Shown: one piece after another, positions 27,501 to 39,500 of the stretch | Position numbering within the stretch: the first letter of the stretch is position 1 | Layout: the number at the start of each line of letters is the position of its first letter | Assembly: GCA_977030845.1 (NCBI GenBank) | Contig: OZ365109.1 | Span: forward strand, 53,630,001-53,694,000 | Direction: 5' to 3' | Source: Fimbriosthenelais zetlandica | Taxonomy: Eukaryota | DNA length: 64,000 bases | Made by a program: the position numbers and the translations under genes | Notes under the pieces: model-generated | Databases searched by the model: none | What the model was told of the DNA's origin: nothing | What the model saw: the letters and a program-made list of their open reading frames with translations, nothing else

Positions 27501-30500
27501 CACTTAGACTAGCAATCCTTCTGCATGTTTTAAGCTTAGGATGCGTGCAGCAAGTTCTTACATCTCGATGGTTTTCCCTTTGATTTAATAAGCATTTCGC
27601 ACCTGCGGCCGATACCAATTTCCCTCTACTTCTCACAAAAGCCACCTTTCTAACTAGAATCAACAGCGGGGGGAATATATTTGGCCCGCGGGAAAGCCTC
27701 TATAATGTCGACAAGGAAAGAGGATATATATAAAGAGCAATGCTATGATGGCTGAATCATTAATTAATACAGCACGAAAAGGCCTCCGCCCACGGTGTTT
27801 CCATTTATTGCATAGCGATAGCTAATTCTATTGCTCCATATTCTTAGCAGACCATATTCCTTGCACTTTCAGTGCCACAGATGATAAAAAGTCTTTGGTG
27901 GGAGGCAATATACTGGTCTAACTTCCTAGTTGCTACATTCAAGGGGCGGTTGACCTTCTGGTTCTAAATACTATAGTTGAATAAGTGGACTAAATACTGG
28001 ACGTATAAACAATACCTAGTCTCAAATAAAGTTCTATAGGCTACTGCTCTTTACGCCAGAATGGAACTTGATACAAAAACAGTTAACTGCATGGGGTATA
28101 GTGAGAGAAGGGGTATATCTTATATTATCTTCTTCCACAGATATATTTGGAAGGTGGGTTTTAAGCCTTTTAGCAACGAAAGTTCATTAAATTGGCAAAA
28201 CTCTGAGCAAAATGCGATTAAGTTAAAAGGCAGATAGTCTGCCTAAAATTGTATAGATTCTAGCCATCCTTTTGGGGATGTGCTTCAGTGTAATCATGCA
28301 GAATCAGAGATTTCCAAATGTAACATGACAGGGGCAGGAGGCATGGTATATGTATACTTTTCCTATCTCTCCTCATCCATTCTACAATTCCTATCCCAGA
28401 CTAAGCATTAAAAAATCAAACAAGAAAAACCAATTTATCAGTGTTGCTTTGTCTTTGAATAAATTCTATTCATGTCTAAAAGAGACTGCGAGACATTTTC
28501 CATATATTGCAAAAGAGAGCGTTCAGAGAATTCTACAACTGAGGAAAAGACATTTCAAAGCTAAGCAGGAAATGCCAATATTCTTTTGGGATGCTTAGGA
28601 TTTATTCTAAGAGACATCCTTGTACATCTGCATAAGGAATAGTCAACTGCTCCTCAATCAGGTGAAATGTCAAAAGCGGTCAGCATTCCGTCAGTATAGG
28701 AATGAGACATCCCATTGAGAGAGTGTCAAGGGAGAGAATCCATCACACCTGCGACCTTTATAACGTGAGGTCGTATACTGGGAGATGGCACTGGTGAAGG
28801 CAGGCTAATGAGACCCGTATAGGGATAAGGGCATCAGGATACAATGTCATGCCATGTGTGGATGCTACGTTCAGGAACGACCCTATACAGCAACGATAGA
28901 AAGTGTAATGTAATTGATTAATGTGGATTCTATACACATTAATATGAGCAATTAATGGGTTTGATACATCTTCCTTTCAGGAAGTCACACTTTTTGTTCT
29001 TCTGTCGGTCCCTCTTTTTGTCGCAGAGTATGAAACTAACAAGACTGTCTGTCAATAACAGTTGTTCTTGGGTTATCAAGAAGATTGAATTCGTTTTGTT
29101 TATCTAATTGTCAGGTTTATCAATGTGAGAAGAATGAATGAATGAATTAGTGAACGGGTAAATGAATGAAGGCCATTATAATGGCGACAGCAATGTAGGC
29201 TACATCACACGAATCAAATAATTTATACAAATAATTTCATCAGTATGAGCTACAGAAAGAAACGTTCCAAGAGGGAAAAGAATGCCTCACAAATTCAGCT
29301 CTACCACTGAGAGTATGCCTAGCCCTCAAGGCTTCCCTATAGAGGTAGTGAGGCGTGCCACTTAGTCACAATGGCCATCAAGGGGGATGGGTGCTAATTT
29401 GAGCATGAAGGATGCCTGGTGAGTGTGGTGTTGAGAGGAAAGGCTACGCTGGAAGTAGTCTGAAAGGGCAAGTAGAAAAGGGAAGGAACAAAAGTCATGG
29501 TTGTGAGGGAATTGTGCACGAACTAATGCAATTCCTGGACAGGATCTTGCAGCAAAATGTTCCTTCAGAACAGGAGAAACCATTTCTCTCTGACTTCCTA
29601 CAAGCCTCGAGCCTGGTAATGAGGAAAAGCTGTTAAAAACCTATGAAATTCAATGAAGGTTCAGCACAGGCTACAGTGAGCTTAGATTACAATCACTTGA
29701 GGAGGAATAGCCATGACAAACCATGGCATCTTTCATCGTCAAGAAGGGCCATCCAATCAAATAGCTCAATGGACGTATGTGTGGAGTATGCCCCGGGCTA
29801 AATATAAGGCGACACCTCATTGGTCAGCCCTGGAGGCTTTCATCCAAATGAGACGTGTAAGATGAGGGATCGATTTCTTTGAGGATTGAGACACAATTTG
29901 AGCATAAAGTGAGAGCCTGTATAGATCTGATCCTGGGGCAAAACCCTTACAAGCAATACAAACCATTAATTTAATGACTATAAAGAAATGTAGGCCCATA
30001 CTTTGCAGTATAAGGGGCTAGATCTATGCTTTTATGTTGAATATTACAATTCAAATAAAAAATACTAGCCCTATTCAGGTTATGAATGGGATTGAATGTT
30101 GAATAAAGGAGTACAAAAATGATTTGCACAGGCAGTTTATCCATGTAAACAATAGTAATCCCAATATATTCTTGTTTGTGGAGACCATAGCCATATTCAA
30201 ACATATAGCCAGTGTTATGCTTAGTCACTGGTGCTTTTCTCATCACTCTAGTGTGGAAAAAAATCTTAGCGAGAGGTATCAGATATAATCAGATTGTGTA
30301 TTCAGAAAAAGACAGGAGATGAGTCTATTGTGAGGGGGCTGGTGCTACCACGGCACTAATTGGCCTGTAAAACACTTTAGACTCATGGGGCTGGAGGCGA
30401 GCAAAGGAGATTGGCGAATGTTTCTTATGAGATTAAAGTTGCTTTCTCCCTTAATGCAATCCATAATATCAGAAAAAAAGTGTTTTCGCATTCGTCTTTC

Positions 30501-33500
30501 TTTCTGTATTTCAGTGCAAAACTATTTTCTCTTCAAAGGTAGAAATTCATAACATTTATAGTAAATGGTGAATTCAATAATAAGAAGGCCTAACGTTAGG
30601 ACACCACTCTTTTTCTGCTAATCACATAGATGTAGACATTAATTGATTAGCTGTTTAAGTTTTAAAATTCTTATAGTACCATCTCGCTTTCCCCAATCCA
30701 TGTAGAGATAGGTCCCTTAACAAAGCTTATGTTACTGCCACTTAGCTGATCCCGATCTCCTATAGCTACTTCAGAGAGAGCCAGACAAGCCTGTATGCCA
30801 TTAGACAGCGCAGCCACCGGGGAGAGCTCTCTTCCTGTTAGAGTAGTTCCATTAGTAACCACAAGGGGGCCAGCCCTGTCTGTGAGGCTTCACCGAGATT
30901 TGAGGGTATGAATATTAGGTGTGACAACCACATATCCTCCCTTCTCTGATGCCAGATCATGGCTCTATCCCTGATTGTCACATCCAGTACATTCGTTACA
31001 CCAACAACTTCGCGTGGGATGATATTCTAGTTTAGATCATTGCTTCCAAAGGTTCATTGCATTTTGGTAGATCATAACAAAAAAGTCATCTATGCCCATT
31101 GGATCATTAGAGTGATAAGCACTAATGCAATACAGAATAAATAGGGATGGCTTGTGACAAACGCTTCATCCATAAGTTTGAATATTGTCCCAGTGATCTG
31201 TGAAGCCTACAGATAATTACAATACACATTATAATGAAAGCCTTCATTATATACCTGATGGCGACCCCCAGCTGGTAAGAGAAACTTATTTGTATTCATG
31301 AGGCTATAAAGACCCTATCTAACCTCCAGCGGAAGGTGGAGGTCATTGGCCTGATATAGGAGCTAGGTATAATCAAGGCAAACCATGGCATTCATTAACT
31401 ATGGTGGAGAACTCAGCCATCTCCACTTTACTGCCTAAAATAAGGCAAAATCAGAGGGGAAAAGGCACTTAAGGTAAGGATTTATCTGTGGGAGGATTTT
31501 GGGTCATAATGAAAAGATCCCCGATGCACGTGGTCTGACATTTTCGCAATACATGTACATAGATTGAGGACCAACACCTGCGTTCATTCGAGATGAAAAT
31601 ATCGAGAATGGAAAAAAACTTATAAAACAAATCTTTAACTTACTTGAGATCTTCCAGCTCGTAATAGACATTGGTTGCTTGGTCCAGGACGTATATTTTC
31701 CTGGTGGGAGCTTCAAAGTAGACCATGGAGAGAGACTCCGGAAAGGAGCGCACAAAGAGCGCACGGACCGTGTCGATCGATGTGACCTCATTAGGTAGGA
31801 GCGCTCGCTTCGTCTCATTTCGGTGAATAAGGAACACCAAACCTGAAACAAGTGAAAAATTTGAAACATGAAAAAGTGTCCAAAAGTCAAAACCAAAAGT
31901 CCATAACTTGGCATAAGTTAATCGTCAAATAATATATATATAGACCTGTACATATCTAAAAGCTTATAAAGAATAAAATGGCTGGAATGAAAAGCTAAAG
32001 ATTCCCCTAGAAAATGTTATTTACGTTATTTAATGAGTGCCTGGGAATTCTTGAAGGGGGTTATCAATGGGAGTAGATGCTAGCGTTTTACAGTAGACGG
32101 CGCCAGCTGCGTGCAGTTTAAGAGCTCGTGTGAGCAGCTCAGAGCTACTCGAATAGAAGCAAGATCGTGGGTGGGAAAGCATTGCCCCACCTATATCTTC
32201 TTGATATACCAACCTTCAGATAGAAAATCTCTAGCTTCTGAAGGTTTCTTTGGAGGTTTCAATGTATTATATGGAGTCTTCCAAGAACTATAGATGATAA
32301 GCTCATCTTATGTGGAATCAACATAAACCAAGTAGGCCATTTCATAACAACCATTATACAACAACAATACCCAACATTGTCCAATTCCATCACTTGTATT
32401 AGTTTAGGGGAAATGCATTATAAACAGCTGGGTTCGTTAAAGAAAAACAGAAAACCCGAGGCTATCCATCTCCTGAAGGGGAGGCATTTAGGGAAGCTTG
32501 GGTCAGTGCAATTGGGGGAGTTAAGCCAGACCATCCCATAAAGATGTAGCAAAACACATCCATTCTGCATGCTCCAAGGAGGAACTCCCCTGATTGGCGC
32601 CATTAAAGTGGAAGCCTGGGAAAATATAAATTGCCCTTATAATTCCAGCCTGTGGGATAATGTTATGCCACTGGGATAGGGCAGTTGGTGCAACAATCAA
32701 GAAATATTAATGATCACATCAGATTTGGAAGGGTTTCTTAAGAAATCTGTGATTTAAATGAACTTGGTTTTAAGTACGGAACATGTAACCTGAAGGCTGA
32801 ATAATGATCTCAACCCTATAGCAATTTCAGCTGATATGAATTTTACATTGTTTCCTAAATTAAACCAGAAGATCTACATCATACTTGAAACTGAAAATTC
32901 TGTAAAGCTGGAATATGGATATGTAACCTCCATGCAACAAATTCGTTCGTTGCTTATAGTAAAATAGATTATTTTGACTTAAAACTAACCTCTCAAGTTA
33001 GATGTACATCCAAACCATGAATATCTGCGATGCCTGCCCATTGTGAACAGTGAAAAATGAGATTGAATACCAAATATTCAGTCTCAAATTATGAAGGAAA
33101 GTAGTGGATCATAGAAATGCAAACTCATCGCTAAATTTCTTCTTGGCCACGAAAATTGAAATGAGGTGTGATGAAGGCAATATTTGTTGCATTCTTTCGA
33201 GGTAATCCTTTTGGTTTCTGTCAGTACTTTCCCATGTTCCTCATTATTAGACTTTGATGAGAATATCTTGGATCGCAGCTCTGTATCCAGTAGAGGTCTG
33301 ATAAACCATCAAAGCCACATTTCTATAGAAGTCCAATCTTCCACTTTCTTCCACTGTTAAATCAATTCATCACATAATGTAAACGTCAGACACGGACTCC
33401 CTCTGTCACGCCTGGAATGGTGTTAATAAGTTTGTGATCCCTTCAAGAGTCACAGACGTACGATCTATTAGCCTACCCAGAACCCACCGTCAGGTAAAAG

Positions 33501-36500
33501 GCATTAAATCAAGCTACTTAAAAAGAGATATCTTGTGGGAGGTAGCGGAGAAGCGGCGGGAGGGGGTGGATCCCTGATTTTACCCACTCAGGGGTTTGTC
33601 CTGCAGGTCCTGTCCAGGTAAACTCATCTTCCCCGCGCGGATTTAACCATGGCAACGGAGGGAGGCTGACAGGTGTGAGAAAGAGGCGCCACGTGCGTCC
33701 GAAACACCCAGGGTCATCAATCGTACCTTCTCATGGGATGATGGTGGGGCGGGGGGTGAACTGGAGGGAGGAGGGGGTTGCCCTGACCCCCAAACAAACC
33801 CCAACTATTCTCCCAACCTAGTATAAACACATATACTATACACTGCACTATGTGTTATCAGTTAATGGATCTTCCTCCGTGCTAGCTTTGTTTTGGCTGG
33901 GCTTGAGTGTCCAAACCCAAAACCACATGAGAAGTTGGTCGTTTGGTTGCACATAAAGTCCCGTAGCGCAATGCAAAACTGTTTTTGTTTATGACAAGAG
34001 AAATATTTACCTGCTGCGATGTAAACTCCTTTGGTGTAATGTATAGAGTATGTATGCTGGTAGATACCAGACTTTGTGGTATTTGTGTGTTGGGGTAATT
34101 CTATGTCATGGGTGCTATATGTGCTCATCCCCACCCACCTTTCCACAGGTAATAAATAAAAGACCAGGTACTATGTATATATACACATGTAACACTATTC
34201 CCTCTGTAAATGTGGTCAAGGATGATGAAAGTAATACTATTTTGCAGAGCTGGGCGGGTATTGTATGGGACTCCCTATGCACAGTTAGGCCTCACAAAGA
34301 TGTATAGTCTCCATAGATTCCATCCAGTAGCTTTCTCGACATTGCTCCTAAATCGTCCATGTATCATCAAGGTTTTTATCTCATCTAGGTTTTTATTATT
34401 TATTTTTCGTTCTGGTCTCGTCTGGGCATCCGCCTCCTATCAATCATTGGGCCCGTGTGGCATCCAATACATGATATTAGATTTTTAATGTATAATAACC
34501 TGTATGTGTGTAACTATAGGACAGCTACAGTGGTACAGAGCTGGTGGGAGTATTGGTGGTTCTAAATAGAGATAAGATGATATAGCAATGTCATCGCTCC
34601 AATACTGATGTAAAGTAAAGTCCTCTTTAAAAAAATAATATCGAAAAGGCAATTTGAAGGACTACTGCAGTAGCATTACACAATGTAGAAGAAAAAAGAA
34701 AATTATTATAATTGTAGTTAATTTCTGCCAGGCAATCCACAGGAGGACATTTTACCTGTCACATGACAAACCGAAGGATCTTTTTTTGAAAAAAAATCTG
34801 TCCTTCAAACATTGGGATCAGATACGGCTAGAGGTAAACCGTCTTGCCGTGAACCTGTTGGAATATTTTTGGAGCGGCTGCCAGAAAAACGTTGTCAAGG
34901 TCAGGTTGTTCAGCTGGCAGGACACCAAAACCCAATCATGTGTATTTACGAGATTACTAAGAGGTGCTCTCAGGGAAAAACAGTATCCATGTGCACCTTA
35001 CTTTCATCTGTCAGAGGTCAGTCAGAGTTATTTCTCACATTAAAATAACTTTCCACCAAAAAGGTATTTATATAGAATATTCCACCAAACACTTTTCCAT
35101 CGAAAGTTGACTAAAATACTAGCTAAAGATTAAATCCAATTTTCCGGTGTATTGGTTACTATGATGTACATTTGACAAGGGTTAAGGAATCCCACAGAGG
35201 CATAATGTCACCTCTGTTGGACGCTATATATCATCCAGTAATCCGGAAGCATGCAGACGGAGAAGGACAAGTCCTTGACATAATTTCTAAAACGGTAAGC
35301 CGATGAAATAATCCTAAAGGTCGAAAGTCAATTTATGTACAGTCGAATGCACAAAAATCCAAATAATCGAAAAAGTAGGGAAAGTATGTATGAATCAGTG
35401 GGATAGAAGGGGGTAAGTTTTACCAGCCCCTCCTCCTCCTGTACTGACTCCTCCTGGGTCTAGGGGTACAGACATGACTCCTCCTCCAGTAAGTGAGGGA
35501 GTCCCTTCTCCTACTCCTGAGAGTGGCTACACACAGGTAACCCCAGGTGGTAGTGGGTACTGGATGAAAAGAGGGAGGAGAGGTGGGAGGGTGGGTGGTA
35601 GAGGGGCTCATCACAGGGCTTGTGGTCCGGAGAAGCACGTGGGGAGCCGGTGTGTGTAATGGGGGACGAAACCCTGCCATGCTATTATGAACTGTTGGAA
35701 GGGATACACATGGGTTATGAGCAGCTCATGGGAGCTATATTCCCAGTGTAGTAATATTAGATATTGTTGTACTCCATACTAAATATTGATCAACAGTTGG
35801 GGAGAAATCCGGTGGATAATGCATCATTATCAACCAAAAATATTCATGGAAAACACCAAGTAACTGCAGATAAAACTGTCTCAGATATCATATTGATTTA
35901 TTTAACTGATTTAAGGAATGAACTCTATAGTGAATCAGATCAAGGGAGGGAGTATTTCAGGTTTTAAGGTCAAGAATAAAATGTTTCTTATGTACCAATG
36001 GCATTCTCAATCTCGATTATCGATTATATAAAATTAATTAAATAATAAAATTCCATAAGCTAAATCATATGGAAAAGAGCTAGCTCGGCCATAGAAGGAC
36101 AAGTATCAATCATACTCAATCTCTATTTGCATTCAGCCATGATTGACATCCGTCACATTAGTTCATCAGAGATCACTCAGTTAAACGACCAATACCCATA
36201 CCCCAGCCTGACCCATCTCTACTGAGCTGGGAAATGAATAGTTGCTAATTATAGATAATAGACTTCAGTACTCAGAAGCAGTTTAGTATCTAGGTATGAG
36301 TTCTTCCTGATACTGAGCCTATTCTTTCCACCCAACTATAGAAAACGGATATCAATACAATGAGCTTGTGGAAGGATTAAAATATACAAAAAAAAGTTAA
36401 AACCTAGGCCTCCTAGACAAAGGGATTTAATAAGAAAAGAATTTGAAGCTCATGGTAGGATGTGTGACAATCATCAATGTAACAATGCTTGTAGCAATTC

Positions 36501-39500
36501 TGAAAAGATAAATTGCTATATGTCTGATAAATATATCATTTTACGACGCTTTGTAACAGCTTATCTGTGGAGATATGAACTCCACATGACCCAGAGATAC
36601 ATAGATATAATAATAAGTACCCTGACTGGTTGCCCCCTCCATCATCGGTCCTTCCCATACTCCTCCAGGGGAAAGGTCATACACTGGAGCATTAGAAAAG
36701 AAAACTCCACGTGCAGGGTAGACGGGTCATTTCATCTAATAGAGAAAACAAAAAATGGAGATGATAGAGAAGGGGAGAGCGGGAGAGAGAAAGTGGGAGA
36801 GAGAAGAGAGCTTCGGGGAGAAAGGGGATAGAGAAAGATGAGAGAGAAGAGTGAAGCTTAGAAAAAATTAGATAGGAGTGACGAAAGAGGAATGTAACAC
36901 CTCAGAGGGGGGATAACAGAAATATCTCATTTACCTCGAGCCTTTGTATACTCTACTGTAACAGGCCGACGCTTCCTGCAGCATCCGCAGCAACAACCAA
37001 GCAAGCACATGGCTCACACTCCCTTTAACAACTATTCCAGAAGTCTGATAATGTGGAAAGCATCACTGTTGGTATGATAGTCCATCGTTCTCATGATATG
37101 TATCACAACTCCAAGCTGGTACTCCAGTTAAGTGTGTTGGGAAACAGCGCTGTGTGAGTGGTTGCCTTCAGGCTCATTGTGTATGTATACTTGAGTATGG
37201 ACAAGACAACCCTCCACTGCTAATAGTACAAACTTAGCATCTCGTTCCGGGAGGTAGCAACTCACTTAAATCCTCGTTGCTAAGGAGGCTTGGATCTGTT
37301 GTTGCTATGGCGGTAACCAGGGTAACTAGGCACACACGTGAGACAGAAGGCACCACGTGGTCGTTGAGAAAAGGATATACCGAACTGCTACTGGTTGCTT
37401 TTTCCATCCAGTGTAGTTGTTATGTTTCATGAGTATTTATGCGGTTTTTATGAGTACAGGAAAGGATGGGTTTGGCTTTTTAAAGGACTGGTGGGAGGAG
37501 ATGGAAATAGCCAACCTACATGGACTGGGGAGTGATAAAAAGACAATATGAAGAATCGCTCTCGTCTGGGTTAACTGACACTGAGGATCAAAGTAACAGA
37601 TTGGTTCAAATGAGCAGCTCCAACTTTCACCCAGAAAATCTACCTCTAATTGGAGTTACACATTTCAGTGGTGCCCTCAAAAAACAAGGCTTTCCTCAAG
37701 TGAAGGTTGGGAGCTGGGAATATTATCAGTTCCAGATGTTAGTGTTTCTACCTATAGGTATAGAAGCACTTTCCTGCTTCTAACCCAAGCACAAACTTCT
37801 GATAGGACCTACAGGAGTTTTTGGTAAAGGTATGTTTATTCTCAAGAGGTGGAGGGTGATGACACTGGCATGTTTGTTTTTATTCCCGTCTGACCTTTAA
37901 TGTAAAAGAAATGGCAGAGACAGATGAGGGATGGAACATATGGTTCTCTTGATGGTTCTCTTCTATCCAACCTAGGTGGCGACTCTCAGGAAATGTTAAT
38001 GAACTGAGGAAAAATATCACAAAGAACTGAGAAGAATCAGAAGCTATCACTCAGAAGCATTGGTCTGCTAACGTCTTGTCACCCGAGTCAAATATCAAGA
38101 AGATCATTTGAAAGCTGTCATTTCTCCTTCACGGTCTAACATATAGTTTATCATATTTCACCTGAATATTTCAGGATGCATGAAAAATGTGTGACATGGC
38201 AGAATGTCAATATGGGGGGTCTCATACTCTGGGCAGTGTTACTGGAACGCATGTCACTGATAACACCAGGTTCGATTTCCAAACTCATTTTCCATTCAGC
38301 TTCGCACCAAAGCCCACAGCCGGTACACTCGAAGAATGTTACTATTTCCATGGCATGGAACTTTCTGTATACCTTCCTCTCTCCCTCCATCTCTCATTCC
38401 CTCTCATTCATTGGAATCAGTACATATCACTTAGGTGAATGGAAAGCTTCAAGAGGGCAAGGCATGACCAGGAAAAGTCAAGGAGCGCAGCAATAACTGA
38501 GAAAACACCATGGGAAAATGGTGCAAATACATTGACAGAGGCACACCAGACTAAAGTACTTAGCCACCCAGAAGCAAAGCATATGAGCAAATGCCCCTCA
38601 TCCTGGTCCAGTGCTTCTTTTATCTGAGTTTTAGAGGCAGGTATCTAATGTTACCACTGAACAGTTGCCTCCAGGCCAACCCTAAATCTGCACCTGGTGT
38701 TTTTCTGTCACCACAGATACCATATACTGTCTCTCATCCGCTTGTGGTTCCCCGTTGAAGCACCAGAGGGAGGCAGTGAGCGCGGGTGGTACGCTATAGA
38801 GATGGCTTAGAGGATGAAATACATCATCAGATATCAACTTCTCTCCGTGTAACTGAATCAAATAAGTGATATTGTTACTCCGGAGATGACAAATATCTTA
38901 GAACAGGTGATCGATGGGATAGGAATATTAAGAATCTGACCATATTTAGGGGAGGGATATGACCAGAATGGGACCTAATTATTCAAAGGTAATTCATAAA
39001 ATAAAAATTCCATTATATCAAGACAGTGAGATTGATCTGATGAAATGTTATCAGTTGTGCATAAACTTTGCATAAAATGATGACTATCAGAGAAGCATAA
39101 TTTCCCCTGAACCTAATATCTGTAACAATAAACGTCTGAGCAAATTATTACTCCTTCTACCTGTCACATCATGGTAACTTGAGGTAACCTCGAGACCCCA
39201 AACAAGTATTCAGGTGACGGTTTGACAACACTGGGAGGATTCAGTCCTGTCTCCAGTCGGGAACCAGCTAAAGAAGGCCTAAGTACTTATTGAATGTCAT
39301 CAGAATGTTATTAAAACGGCTGAATTTCCATTTCCAAATACATTTTGGTGGTTGCATGATGACATTGTTCTAAAGAGAATCCTCTCAATCGGTATCTATG
39401 GCCTCAAGTGTTATAACATGAACAATTGCTCAGGAAATGGCGAGGAATCTGTCAGAACCTCGAGACAAATTCAACAAGAACAATTAGATAATTAGTTTAA

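Noticed and set aside
32605-33347. 10-bp inverted repeat aaagtggaag / cttccacttt as MITE ends
   Set aside because: Too short, and no matching target-site duplication.
38225-38285. GGTTCGATTTCC B-box-like motif suggesting a tRNA or SINE
   Set aside because: No cloverleaf or convincing A-box could be built.
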